Shown: piece after piece, positions 14,283 to 24,306 of the stretch
Numbering within the stretch: position 1 is the stretch's first letter
How the letters are laid out: each line of letters starts with the position of its first letter
Source: a virus
Taxonomy: Duplodnaviria; Caudoviricetes
DNA: 33,990 bases
Virus record (IMG/VR): IMGVR_UViG_3300037631_003346
Span: 1-33,990 of that record
Strand: one strand, 5' to 3'
The notes under the pieces: generated by a model
Databases searched by the model: none
What the model saw: the letters and a program-made list of their open reading frames with translations, nothing else
Told to the model about the DNA's origin: nothing
Position numbers and translations under genes: made by a program

Positions 14283-14780
14283 TTAACAAACTTTCTTTAA
14301 TATGTAGTGCAAAGCTGATGAGCTACTAATATCAAACTCTTGCATAGTTAACTTATAAGACCTTGTTTTATTATAATAAGACTTTACTTTGTCATAGTCA
14401 TATTTTTTAGTAAATGAAGAAGCATATAGAGCGTTCTTTAAAACGCTTTCTCTATCTCTATCAGCGACATTTTGTTTATTAGTTCCTAATGCAATATTGG
14501 AATATGAGTTATCTTGTTTGTTGTTGTTAAGATGCCTTACTTGTAATCCTTTTTGGTATATCTTCTCACCATACTTTTGATAAGCCTGAAGTCTATGTGC
14601 ATTAACAGAAAATCTTTTCATTTTATTTTGTAAGCTAAACTTAACATATCCGCTTGAATGAATATATCCAATATGTTTTCCGCTTGGACTTTGAAGAAAT
14701 CCATCTTCAGTTACTCTGTACCCAATCTCATAGGCATAAATTTCATTTCTAGAGTATTTTAAATTATTGTGTGTTTCCAT
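14283..14780 (-). CDS. HNH homing endonuclease
   Basis: HRLQAYQKYG...VRHLNNNKQDNSYSNIALGT HNH core plus C-terminal HTH-like segment; ATG 14780 follows a minus-strand TATATTAG box; the only large minus-strand gene. Confidence 0.85.
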   Translation of the reverse strand: METHNNLKYSRNEIYAYEIGYRVTEDGFLQSPSGKHIGYIHSSGYVKFSLQNKMKRFSVNAHRLQAYQKYGEKIYQKGLQVRHLNNNKQDNSYSNIALGTNKQNVADRDRESVLKNALYASSFTKKYDYDKVKSYYNKTRSYKLTMQEFDISSSSALHYILKKVC

Positions 14781-14805
14781 AAATCTAATATACAAAATTC
14801 TATTG

Positions 14806-14833
14806 ATACACTTTATGCTATTTAAGATTAACT
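14806..14833 (+). promoter_or_regulatory. Candidate late promoter ATACA-N16-ATTAACT
   Basis: The same spaced motif occurs before 22822, 24732 and 26966. Confidence 0.6.
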
Positions 14834-14839
14834 GTATAT

Positions 14840-15550
14840 ATGGAGAAAACATTTAAATTAAAAGTACCGGTTTCTTTAAACGATATTAGTTTAAAAGATT
14901 ATCAGAAATATGTAAAAGTATCTGAAGAGACAAAGGACAATGAAGATCAGGACTTTCTTACATTAAAGATATTAAGCATATTTTGCGGAATAACTATGAA
15001 GGAGGCATACGAACTTCCTATAACAAAATTTGATTCCATCATAACACACTTGGCAGCATTGCTTTCTACAAAAAGCAAGCTGTCAACAAGATTTAGTATG
15101 ACAGATCCAAAAGGAGATACTATTGAATTTGGATTTATGCCAAACTTAGATAAAATGACTTTAGGTGAATACATAGATGCAGAAAAGTATATGAGTAGTT
15201 GGGAAACTATGCATCAAGCTATGGCTGTATTTTACAGGCCTATCATTTCAGGAAATAAAGACTTCTATAAAATAGAAAAATATGAAGGCAGTAGTAAGTA
15301 CAGTTCTATAATGAAAGATGCTCCGGCTTCTGTTGCTATTGGTGCAATGCTTTTTTTTTTGAATTTAGGGATCGAGTTGTCGAAAACTACGATGGACTCT
15401 TTACGGCCACAAGCTCAGACATTGAACAAGGAACATACACCCAAGGATTTGGAAAAAAATGGGGATGGTATCAATCAATATATTCACTTGCAAAAGGAGA
15501 TGTCAGAAAAATTGATGAAATTACAAGAATTAATATCCACAAAGCAATGA
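14840..15550 (+). CDS. Putative tail assembly chaperone (0-frame product)
   Basis: FGFMPNLDKMTLGEYID...MAVFYRP motifs; contains a T10 slippery site at 15351-15360. Confidence 0.6.
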   Translation: MEKTFKLKVPVSLNDISLKDYQKYVKVSEETKDNEDQDFLTLKILSIFCGITMKEAYELPITKFDSIITHLAALLSTKSKLSTRFSMTDPKGDTIEFGFMPNLDKMTLGEYIDAEKYMSSWETMHQAMAVFYRPIISGNKDFYKIEKYEGSSKYSSIMKDAPASVAIGAMLFFLNLGIELSKTTMDSLRPQAQTLNKEHTPKDLEKNGDGINQYIHLQKEMSEKLMKLQELISTKQ

Positions 15551-15621
15551 TGTGGTTAGAATTTGAAAAAGAGAAAAACGAAATAGAATCCAGAATGATA
15601 AAACAAGCTTATAAAAGATGA
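15358..15621 (+). CDS. -1 frameshift extension of the 14840 gene (…FEFRDRVVENYDGLF…FGKKWGWYQSIYSLAKGD…KQAYKR*)
   Basis: The -1 frame is open for 87 codons from the T10 run to TGA 15619-15621, which overlaps the next ATG. Confidence 0.8.
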   Translation, partial: FEFRDRVVENYDGLFTATSSDIEQGTYTQGFGKKWGWYQSIYSLAKGDVRKIDEITRINIHKAMMWLEFEKEKNEIESRMIKQAYKR

Positions 15622-16079
15622 TAGCAGTATACGAAACATTAAACAAGATTAAAGATAATCTAAGATCTAATCCTAGCATCCAGACGGTCACTTTTGGTGA
15701 CCTTATGGAAGTAGACTTAGCAAAGACAACTATATTTCCTTTAGCACACGTTCAAATAGGGGATGTATCATTTCAAGATCATATTATAGTTATGAATGTC
15801 TCAGTATTGTTTTTAGACATAATAGACGATAACAGAGAAGTAAATGATTCTGATCAATTTTATGGTAACAACAATTTAATAGACGTCCTAAACACTCAAT
15901 TGGCGGCAGCCAATGTTTTACAGGGTGATATGAGACGTGGAGCATCATATAATGATTTATTTCAGATTAGAGGAAATATCTCTGCTAAACCTTTCTTAGA
16001 TAGATTTGAGAATCAATTAGCAGGATGGGGAATAGATTTAGTAATAGAATTACCTAACAAAACAACAAGCGTTTGCTAG
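15618..16079 (+). CDS. Putative tail terminator/completion protein
   Basis: VTFGD..EVDL..TTIFPLAH and PF.DRFEN.LAGW motifs; size and position. Confidence 0.5.
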   Translation: MIAVYETLNKIKDNLRSNPSIQTVTFGDLMEVDLAKTTIFPLAHVQIGDVSFQDHIIVMNVSVLFLDIIDDNREVNDSDQFYGNNNLIDVLNTQLAAANVLQGDMRRGASYNDLFQIRGNISAKPFLDRFENQLAGWGIDLVIELPNKTTSVC

Positions 16080-16080
16080 T

Positions 16081-16578
16081 ATGGCTATAGACATAAAAAC
16101 AATATTGGAAGAAATAGGAGAGGAGATTATAGCTGAAATGCAAGATAATCTTAAAAAAAATAAACCGGGAAGATCCTGGAATTCTATGGCTTCAGAAAAT
16201 TTGTATGGTAGCTTTGGTTCACAAGTAAAAAATAATGTATTAGAAATACAAAGCTCTGCTGAATATTCTGGGAATGTAGATTTAGGTAGACGACCAGGAG
16301 GTATGCCACCAATAAGTAGTATAGCACAATGGATACAAGATAAAGGAATTAGCATAAGAGATTATAGTAGTGGAAAATTTATGAGCAGAGAAGGAGCTAA
16401 TTTAAATAGAGTATCTTATTTGATAGCTAGAAAAATACAAAGAGAGGGTTATCAAGGAATAAACTATGTTTTAAATACTTTTACTGAATTAAAAGATTAT
16501 ATAGAAGAAACTACAGCTAAGAAATATGCTGAACAAATAGAAAAAACATTAGAACAAAACATATCAAAAAGAATGTAA
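16081..16578 (+). CDS. Putative neck/tail-completion protein (HK97 gp10-like)
   Basis: VDLGRRPGGMPPISSIAQWI...LIARKI..EG motif. Confidence 0.55.
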   Translation: MAIDIKTILEEIGEEIIAEMQDNLKKNKPGRSWNSMASENLYGSFGSQVKNNVLEIQSSAEYSGNVDLGRRPGGMPPISSIAQWIQDKGISIRDYSSGKFMSREGANLNRVSYLIARKIQREGYQGINYVLNTFTELKDYIEETTAKKYAEQIEKTLEQNISKRM

Positions 16579-16579
16579 T

Positions 16580-18352
16580 ATGGCAACACCACAATTATCA
16601 AGAAGTCCTATATTTTATAAGTCTGCTGCCGCTTTAGGAGAAAAATTTACTTATGAAATATTTATTTATACAGGACTTTATACAACTAACAAACCTGCTT
16701 CTGCAACTTATACTATTACAAAAGATAGAATACAAGATGTTGTTGAAGTTGGCACAACAACTTCTACAACTGCTAATAAATTAGTAGATGCAGTAAAACA
16801 ATTCTCTTCAACAGTAGAGGTTGGTGATTTAGTTTACAATACAACAGACAATACAATTGCATTGGTTAGCGCCGTAGACAGCAACACAACTTTATCTTTA
16901 GATACCGATATAATTGTTTCTGGAGAAGGGTATAAAATATTTAGTAAAACTTCTGCAAGCATAGAAATAGCGGAGATAATAAGAGATTACTTTAAAACTG
17001 AATATTATAATTTTGCAACAGATGCGGTTTGGGTAAATATAAGTACAAGTGTACAAGTAACGTCTGGAACAGTTACTACTGTTACAACAGATAAGTTAGT
17101 AGATAGTGCGCAACAATTTATAAGAAAACTATTACCTTCTTCAACTACAGTTACCGTAAACAACACAACGGATTCTACAAGCGCTACAGTTAGCGCTGTA
17201 GATGATGATACAACACTTTCAATAAGTAGTGATATATTTCCTGATACAGGTGATTCATATACGATTACAGTTCCTGCAACAGCAACAAATAATACACCTT
17301 GGTTAGTTCTAGATGGTTACGGATTCTTTAAAGAAGGGTTAAATCCAGGAAATAGCGTTGTTTCTGAAAGACAAGCTTTAATTAGTAATAGTACAATGTA
17401 CTTTATTCCTGGAAAAGATATTATTATTCCTGTTTATGCTCCTTTACAATCTACATTAAGCTTTGATGTTCAGGGCCAAGTTGCTACTGTATTTTGGAAT
17501 GCTGTAGATGAGTTTTGGGATAGTTATAAAGTAGGATGGGGTAATACAGTTAGTGACATAAAGGTTACAGACGGATCTGTACTAGACTCCGGAACAGCAG
17601 ACGGGACATCTACTTATAAATTAGTAGATAGTTCTCAAAATTTTACTTCTACTGTAAAAATAGGTAATATAGTGTATAATACTACAGACGAGAGTTTTGC
17701 TAATGTTACTGCTGTAGATAGTGATACGCAATTGACTTTAGATGCAGATATAATGGCTTCTGGAGAAGATTATGAAATACAAAATGCTTCTAGTAACGAT
17801 AAAATACAATATGTAGTTATAAGTCAAACCGCCGACTTTACAGGAGGTACTGTAACTATAACTGATGGTTTAGGTTTGTCTTTAACTCAAACAATAGAAC
17901 TTAAGGAGCTTTGTAACATAAAGTATACTCCTTATAGAGTTATATTCTATAATAGATATGGTGTTCTCCAGGATATTATATTTAACAAAAAATCTAGTGT
18001 AAGTATGGAAACTACTTCTGATAAATATAAAAGAAGTACAGTTAATTTTAACTTAAGTGATTTTAGCTACGATACTTATAAAGCTCAAAAACAAAGAATA
18101 GATATTCAAGGTAATGAAAGCTTAATATTAAACACAGACTTTTTATCAGAAGACATTAATGATCCTATAAAAGAATTATTATTAAGTCAACAGATTTGGG
18201 TAGATAAAGGAATAGGTAATAGTAATTCTACTATCTTTCCTGTAGTTATAAAAAGTAGCTCAATAGAAGAGAAGACAGGTGTAAATAATAAATTAATAAA
18301 TTACACTATAGAGTTTGAATTAGCATTTGATAAAATACAAAATATTAGATAA
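16580..18352 (+). CDS. Tail/baseplate structural protein with three inserted ~65-aa beta repeats
   Basis: C-terminal F.NRYG..Q...LNTDF...KELLLSQQIW...LINYTIEF core; three KLVD..F....YNTTD....V.AVD repeats. Confidence 0.7.
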   Translation: MATPQLSRSPIFYKSAAALGEKFTYEIFIYTGLYTTNKPASATYTITKDRIQDVVEVGTTTSTTANKLVDAVKQFSSTVEVGDLVYNTTDNTIALVSAVDSNTTLSLDTDIIVSGEGYKIFSKTSASIEIAEIIRDYFKTEYYNFATDAVWVNISTSVQVTSGTVTTVTTDKLVDSAQQFIRKLLPSSTTVTVNNTTDSTSATVSAVDDDTTLSISSDIFPDTGDSYTITVPATATNNTPWLVLDGYGFFKEGLNPGNSVVSERQALISNSTMYFIPGKDIIIPVYAPLQSTLSFDVQGQVATVFWNAVDEFWDSYKVGWGNTVSDIKVTDGSVLDSGTADGTSTYKLVDSSQNFTSTVKIGNIVYNTTDESFANVTAVDSDTQLTLDADIMASGEDYEIQNASSNDKIQYVVISQTADFTGGTVTITDGLGLSLTQTIELKELCNIKYTPYRVIFYNRYGVLQDIIFNKKSSVSMETTSDKYKRSTVNFNLSDFSYDTYKAQKQRIDIQGNESLILNTDFLSEDINDPIKELLLSQQIWVDKGIGNSNSTIFPVVIKSSSIEEKTGVNNKLINYTIEFELAFDKIQNIR

Positions 18353-20460
18353 TGTTTACAATACAATTATTCATATTAGATAATGATGGCTCACATAAAA
18401 GAGTTGATATGTTTAAGGATGAGTCTGTGTCTATCACACAGACCATCCAGAACGTAAAAGACATTTCTAAAGTTTTTACTGATTTTACTAAAACTTTTAA
18501 TTTACCAGCTTCATCTACTAATAATAAATTATTCAAACATTATTATAATTCAGATATTGTTAATGCAGATAATAATTTAATTAGTGACTTTGACGCAAGA
18601 AAAAGAAGGGATGCTATCATTGAACTTAATCATATGCCATTTAAGAAAGGTAAAATAAGATTAGATGGTGTTGATATGAAAAACAATAAACCTTATACAT
18701 ATAAGGTAACTTTCTTTGGTGATACAGTAAACTTAAGTACTTTATTAGGAGATGATGATTTATCTAATCTAGATACAGAATTAGAAGATTATAATCAAAC
18801 ATATTCTACAACTCAATTAAGAGGTAAGCTTGTTGCTCCAATAAGTGATGTTATAGCTCCTTTAATTACTCACACTAGAAGACTTATTTATGATGCTAGC
18901 GATCCTTCTGCTTATAATGGATCTACAAACTTAGATCCTGAAGCTTCAACAACTTTAGGTAAAAAAATAGACAATGTTCATTATAATGCTTCTGGACTAC
19001 AAGGTTTATTATTAACAGAATTAAAATATGCATTAAGAGTTCATAAAATTATAGAAGCTATAGAATCTAAATATACTACTGAAACAAACCGTCTAAAATT
19101 TTCTGATGATTTCTTTAATACAACAAATGAACCTTATTATAATTTATTTTTATGGCTTCATAGAAAAAAGGGAGGAATAGAAGATCCTGTTAGTTTACCT
19201 AGTTATTCTGAATTTGTAGAATTTGGTTTAGATACTACTATGACTAATGTTTCTGCCCAAGGTCAAAATATAATAGTTACCGGACATACAACAACTAATA
19301 AATTAGTAACTACATTAACCGTTAGACCGAATAGTGGCTATTCAGGTACTTATAATGTTTTAGTGACAAAGGACGGGAATGATTTTGCTTCAGGCTCAGC
19401 AACCAATAGTGATTTACAATTAGATATGAGATTGAGTAATGGTACTTATAAGATTCTAATTACTGTTAGTGAACAATTTACTTTTGGAGAATCAGGAGTA
19501 GAAAATGCAGTAGATTGGGAATTTGCAGATTTACTGGTTCCTGAGTCTCATACATTTGATGTCTCTGAGTTTGATATAGATGCAATATTTGAATTTATAA
19601 TATCTAGAGAGATTCCAGAAATGAAAGTCATAGACTTTCTTACTGGTATATTTAAAATATTTAATTTAACAGCATATGTAGAGGATGATGGAACAATTAA
19701 AGTACAGACTTTAGATGATTTTTACTCTACAGGTCTTGAATACGATATAACAGATTATGTTGACATAACAAAATCTCAGATAAATACTTCTTTACCATAC
19801 AAACAAATAGATTTTAGATTTGAAGGTAGAGAAACATTTTTTGCAGCTACTCACGAACAGTTATTCAATAAAGAATGGGGTACTATAAAATTTGGTGCTG
19901 TAGAAAAGCTAGATGGGCCTACTTTTAATTTGTCAGTTCCTTTTGAACATATGAAGTTTGAAAAATTATATGATCTAAACGATAGTTCTGGTGCTACTCC
20001 AACAGATATACAATGGGGATGGTGTGCTGATGATGATCAAGAATCGTTTATAGGTAAACCTATACTGTTTTATCCTATAAGAATAACAGGAGGTGATATT
20101 TTAGGAATGAGAACTTCCACAACTACAGTTGCTGGAAGTGCTAACTATATAATACCTGCAAACACTACAGATTTAAGTGTAGATGCTCAAACATTAAACT
20201 TTGAATCAGAACCAGATGAATATAATAATGTAGAACTTGAAAATACATTGTTTGAAACGTATTATAAGACGTATATAAGCGATGTTTTTGACTCTAAGAA
20301 TAGATTGACTAAGATATCTGCTTTTCTGCCTGCTAAACTGCTTATAAAGCTTACTTTGGCCGACAGATTAATAATAAATGAAAAAAAATATAAAATAAAC
20401 TCAATAACCACTAATATGAAGAACGGTAAAAGTGAAATTGAGTTACTAAATGATTTTTAA
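18352..20460 (+). CDS. Tail protein (baseplate hub/Tal-like)
   Basis: QTIQNVKDISKVFTDFTKTFNLPAS..NNK.FKHYY N-terminus; IPEMKVIDFL.GIFK.FNL; KINSI...ELLN C-terminus. Confidence 0.7.
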   Translation: MFTIQLFILDNDGSHKRVDMFKDESVSITQTIQNVKDISKVFTDFTKTFNLPASSTNNKLFKHYYNSDIVNADNNLISDFDARKRRDAIIELNHMPFKKGKIRLDGVDMKNNKPYTYKVTFFGDTVNLSTLLGDDDLSNLDTELEDYNQTYSTTQLRGKLVAPISDVIAPLITHTRRLIYDASDPSAYNGSTNLDPEASTTLGKKIDNVHYNASGLQGLLLTELKYALRVHKIIEAIESKYTTETNRLKFSDDFFNTTNEPYYNLFLWLHRKKGGIEDPVSLPSYSEFVEFGLDTTMTNVSAQGQNIIVTGHTTTNKLVTTLTVRPNSGYSGTYNVLVTKDGNDFASGSATNSDLQLDMRLSNGTYKILITVSEQFTFGESGVENAVDWEFADLLVPESHTFDVSEFDIDAIFEFIISREIPEMKVIDFLTGIFKIFNLTAYVEDDGTIKVQTLDDFYSTGLEYDITDYVDITKSQINTSLPYKQIDFRFEGRETFFAATHEQLFNKEWGTIKFGAVEKLDGPTFNLSVPFEHMKFEKLYDLNDSSGATPTDIQWGWCADDDQESFIGKPILFYPIRITGGDILGMRTSTTTVAGSANYIIPANTTDLSVDAQTLNFESEPDEYNNVELENTLFETYYKTYISDVFDSKNRLTKISAFLPAKLLIKLTLADRLIINEKKYKINSITTNMKNGKSEIELLNDF

Positions 20461-20606
20461 TGTTAAAGAATATACTAGACTTACTGAAATTAGATGATTA
20501 TTATAAGGTTTCACCTTATATAGATATAGCAAAGGGTAAATATGAAGCTCCTGAAACTATTAAAGAAGCAATAAATAAAAGAAAACGATTTAATATAAAA
20601 TACTAA
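20460..20606 (+). CDS. Small hypothetical protein, 48 aa (MLKNILDLLKLDDYYKVSPYIDIAKGKYEAPETIKEA...)
   Basis: Manual translation; TAATG coupling at both ends. Confidence 0.7.
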   Translation: MLKNILDLLKLDDYYKVSPYIDIAKGKYEAPETIKEAINKRKRFNIKY

Positions 20607-22789
20607 TGGCACAGAATCTCCTTATTGAAATACAAATACAAGACAATCAAGTAAGAGCTAAAATTGATGGCTTACAGAATTCTTTTGATACCTTAGAAAA
20701 CACCATAAAGACAGCTAAAAATGCATTAGCCGAAATGAATGCTACTTCTCAGGGAACTGTAAAGGGATATTCTGAACAAATAAGAGCTTTAGAAGAGTTA
20801 AGAGATAAAACTGCTAAAACAAATGAGCAATATAGAGCGCAAACTGAAGAAATACAGAAACTTAAAGATGCTCAAAACGCTATAAGCGGGCCAATGAAAG
20901 GATCTGTTGGTGATTTAATGCAGCAAAGAAATGCATTAATAGCTCAACAAAAAGCAACTTCTAGAACAGCACAAGAATTTAACAAATACCAAAAAAGAAT
21001 TATAGAGGTTCAGGGTAAAATAGATGTACTATCTGGATCTACAATAAAAAACGTAAAAGTAAATGAGGACTTAATATCTAATGCTGGTTTAGCGGGAGCA
21101 ACTTTAACGGAGGTTGGTAGAACTCTATCTGATTTACCTTATGGAATCAGAGGTGTGGCGAACAACCTTTCTCAATTGTCCACTTTATTTGTAACATTAA
21201 TATCTAAAACAGATAGTGCTAAAAATGCTTTTGCTTTATTAGGAAACCAATTAAAAGGCCCGTTAGGACTTATACTGGCTTTTCAAGCTGTTCTTGCTGC
21301 TTTAGATTATTTTGCAGGCTCAACTAAAAAAGCTGAAGAAGCAACAGATGATTTGTCAGATGCTATTGCAACTCAAACACAGAGATTAAAAGAATTAGCT
21401 TATCAGGAAGGTCAAATTGAATACATTAGGAGAAGAAATGGGGTTGTTATAAAAAGAAGAATAAAAGAAACTGGAGAAGAATTAAGGAATACTGTTGAAG
21501 TATTAAGGACGGAATTTTCAGAATTCAATAAAATGTTTGAAAATTTAACGGATTTGTCAGATGAATCTGTAAACCAATTAATTAATGACTTTCGCACACT
21601 ATTACAAAATCAAGAAACACAAACTAAGGTAGAGAAAGCATTGGTTGAAAATAGAAAAAAGGGTATTGATGCTGAAGGCAAGGTCTTACACGAAAGAAAT
21701 AAATTACAAAAATCATTAAATAAGATTATATTAGAAAGTAATGAAATAAGGAAAAAATACTCACAAGATGCTATTGATTTTACAGAGCAAGAAATTGAAG
21801 TAACCGATGACTTAACTCAAGCTAATAAAGAGTTCTTTCAATCGCTAAAAGACATAGAAGAATTAAGACAATTACTTGATAAAACTTTATTAATCCCTGA
21901 GCTTAGAGAAGATGCTTTTGATGCTGATCAATTTATTGATCAAATAGTTGATTTTAATAGATTCAGAACTCAATTTACTTCATTAACAGAATCTCAAATA
22001 ATAGATATACAGGAACAATCAGCACTTGAACAATTTGGAATTCTGACTCAAGGATTAGAAAACGTTATAGATATAGAAACAGAGAAGCAAAAAATATTAG
22101 ACTTCTTTGCACAAAAAAGAAAAGAGCTTCGTAATTCCGAACTACAACAAGCTTTATCAGAAGTTCAAGAACTTATTAATGGTATGTCTGATACTATGGC
22201 AATGTTAAGTGATGCTGAATTATCTAGAGAAGAAAGAAAAACAACAATGCTTAACAATGAATTAAAAGAAAGACTAAGAAATGAGAATTTATCTGCTAAA
22301 GAAAGGGAAAAAATAAATAAACAAATAGAAGCTAATGAATTGGCATTACAAAAGAGAAGAGATGAAATAGCTGAAAGAAACTTTAGGTTACAGAAAGCAT
22401 TTGCTATAGCTCAAGCTGCTATAAATACAGCTCTTGCTGTAAGTGATGTGTTAAGAAGAGAAGAAGGCGGCTTTATAAAGAAAAGTATTGCTGCAATAGC
22501 AATAGGTGTTTTAGGGGCGGCTCAAATTGCCGCAATAGCAAGCACTAAATTTGTACCTACAGCAACAAGTGTTCCTTCTGGAGCAGGAGGTATTTCTGGA
22601 GGAGGAGCAGGAGCGCCAGCACAACAAGAACCCGTATTCAACATAGTAGGCACAGGAACTCAAATGCAATTAGCTGAAACTGTGGCTCAAAGAACAGGTG
22701 AACCAGTAAAAGCTTTTGTAGTCAGTAATGATATAACTACAGCACAAGAATTAGACAGAAATATTATAACAGGTTCTGCTATAGGATAA
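20606..22789 (+). CDS. Tape measure protein
   Basis: 727 aa, coiled-coil rich; SDLPYGIRGVANNLSQL plus hydrophobic segments; AIAQAAINTA...AQIAAI; C-terminal PVKAFVVS.DIT.AQ. Confidence 0.85.
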   Translation: MAQNLLIEIQIQDNQVRAKIDGLQNSFDTLENTIKTAKNALAEMNATSQGTVKGYSEQIRALEELRDKTAKTNEQYRAQTEEIQKLKDAQNAISGPMKGSVGDLMQQRNALIAQQKATSRTAQEFNKYQKRIIEVQGKIDVLSGSTIKNVKVNEDLISNAGLAGATLTEVGRTLSDLPYGIRGVANNLSQLSTLFVTLISKTDSAKNAFALLGNQLKGPLGLILAFQAVLAALDYFAGSTKKAEEATDDLSDAIATQTQRLKELAYQEGQIEYIRRRNGVVIKRRIKETGEELRNTVEVLRTEFSEFNKMFENLTDLSDESVNQLINDFRTLLQNQETQTKVEKALVENRKKGIDAEGKVLHERNKLQKSLNKIILESNEIRKKYSQDAIDFTEQEIEVTDDLTQANKEFFQSLKDIEELRQLLDKTLLIPELREDAFDADQFIDQIVDFNRFRTQFTSLTESQIIDIQEQSALEQFGILTQGLENVIDIETEKQKILDFFAQKRKELRNSELQQALSEVQELINGMSDTMAMLSDAELSREERKTTMLNNELKERLRNENLSAKEREKINKQIEANELALQKRRDEIAERNFRLQKAFAIAQAAINTALAVSDVLRREEGGFIKKSIAAIAIGVLGAAQIAAIASTKFVPTATSVPSGAGGISGGGAGAPAQQEPVFNIVGTGTQMQLAETVAQRTGEPVKAFVVSNDITTAQELDRNIITGSAIG

Positions 22790-22817
22790 AAACAAAATAC
22801 TAAAAAAAAGATTTACT
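22790..22817 (+). promoter_or_regulatory. Candidate late promoter AAACA-N16-ATTTACT
   Basis: Shared spaced motif. Confidence 0.6.
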
Positions 22818-22821
22818 TATT

Positions 22822-24306
22822 ATGGAAGAAGCACAAATAATAGAATTAATTATCGACGAAGAAAGTGATATTGCCGGGATACAGGCAATATCAATAGTTG
22901 ATAACCCTGCAATAGAAGAAGATTTTATTGCTCTTAAGTCTCAAGAGGTAAAATTAGCTGAAGTAGACAAGGATAAAAAAATAATAATGGGGCCAGCTTT
23001 AATACCTAATAAAAAGATATTTAGAAAGTTCGGTGAACAAGAATATTTTATTTATTTTAGTGAAGACACCGTCAAGAAAGCCTCAGAGCTTTTCTTGACT
23101 AAAGGTAATCAAAATAATTCTACTTTAGAACACGAGATTAAACTTAATGGGCTTTCCGTTGTCGAGTCTTGGATAATAGAAGATGAGAAACAAGACAAGT
23201 CTAATAAGTATGGGTTTAATTTGCCTGTAGGTACTTGGATGGTATCTATGAAAGTAAATAATGATGATGTATGGAATAATTATGTTAAGTCTGGTAAGGT
23301 AAAAGGGTTTTCTATTGAAGGTCATTTTATAGATGCAATTAAGTATGAACAAGATCAAGAGTTACAAGCTTTATCTATTATAGAAGAATTAACTGATATA
23401 TTAGAAGTAGATATGGCTACTTATAGTGACTATGGATCTGGAGTTAGAAACAATGCTAAAAGAGGTATTGAACTTAACAAGAAAGTAAATAATAAATGCG
23501 CTACTTCCGTAGGGAAAGTTAGAGCGCAACAATTAGCAAGAGGAGAGAAACTTTCTGTATCTACTATAAAAAGAATGTATAGTTATTTAAGTAGAGCAGA
23601 AACTTATTATGATCCTAGTGATAGCAAAGCTTGTGGAACTATATCTTATTTATTATGGGGAGGTAAAGCCGGATTAAATTGGTCAAGAGGCAAGTTAAGA
23701 GAACTTGGCGAATTAGAATTAAAATCTGTAACAGTAGACGAAGAATTTGCAATAATAAATAATAGATTAGCTTATTCTAGTAAAGAAGCGGCTGAAAGTG
23801 CTGCTTTAGATCTAGGGTGTAAAGGATCTCACGAACACGATTTTGAAGGTAAAATTTGGTATATGCCTTGTGAACAACACAAGTTAGCTGAAGTAGGCCC
23901 AAAAGGAGGCATAAGAAAAAGCCCTAAGGCCCCTAAGTCTGATACGCCTAATAAGAATCCAAAAGGAAAAGGAACAGCAAAGGGAGATGCTTCAGGAAAA
24001 ACAGGAGCAAAAGTATCTGCTAAAGATAGAGCTTCGCTCAATAAAAAGGCTGATGAATTTAATAAAAAGTATAAAGAAAAGTTAGGTTATGGTATAACTG
24101 TTGGTATGCTGGCTTCTGTATTCCAAAGAGGACTTGGTGCATTCAACACAAGTCATTCACCAAATGTAAAATCACCTTCACAATGGGCGCACGCTAGAGT
24201 AAATGCTTTTATGTATTTAGTAAGAAATGGAAGACCAGAAAATGCTAAATATACTACTGATTATGATTTATTACCAACTAAACATCCTAAAAGCAGTAAA
24301 AAATGA
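22822..24306 (+). CDS. Prohead protease (XkdF-like serine protease) with C-terminal accessory domains
   Basis: AISIVDNPAIE, GPALIPNK.I.R, TLEH, VESW, PVGTW, VKGFSIEG. Confidence 0.85.
   Translation: MEEAQIIELIIDEESDIAGIQAISIVDNPAIEEDFIALKSQEVKLAEVDKDKKIIMGPALIPNKKIFRKFGEQEYFIYFSEDTVKKASELFLTKGNQNNSTLEHEIKLNGLSVVESWIIEDEKQDKSNKYGFNLPVGTWMVSMKVNNDDVWNNYVKSGKVKGFSIEGHFIDAIKYEQDQELQALSIIEELTDILEVDMATYSDYGSGVRNNAKRGIELNKKVNNKCATSVGKVRAQQLARGEKLSVSTIKRMYSYLSRAETYYDPSDSKACGTISYLLWGGKAGLNWSRGKLRELGELELKSVTVDEEFAIINNRLAYSSKEAAESAALDLGCKGSHEHDFEGKIWYMPCEQHKLAEVGPKGGIRKSPKAPKSDTPNKNPKGKGTAKGDASGKTGAKVSAKDRASLNKKADEFNKKYKEKLGYGITVGMLASVFQRGLGAFNTSHSPNVKSPSQWAHARVNAFMYLVRNGRPENAKYTTDYDLLPTKHPKSSKK

Noticed and set aside
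14211-14806. TCTATTGA direct repeat flanking the HNH gene as a target-site duplication
   Set aside because: Only 8 AT-rich bp, and free-standing HNH genes spread by homing without duplications.
14283-14852. HNH gene as part of a group I intron
   Set aside because: It is intergenic and antisense to its neighbours; no interrupted gene or intron core was seen.
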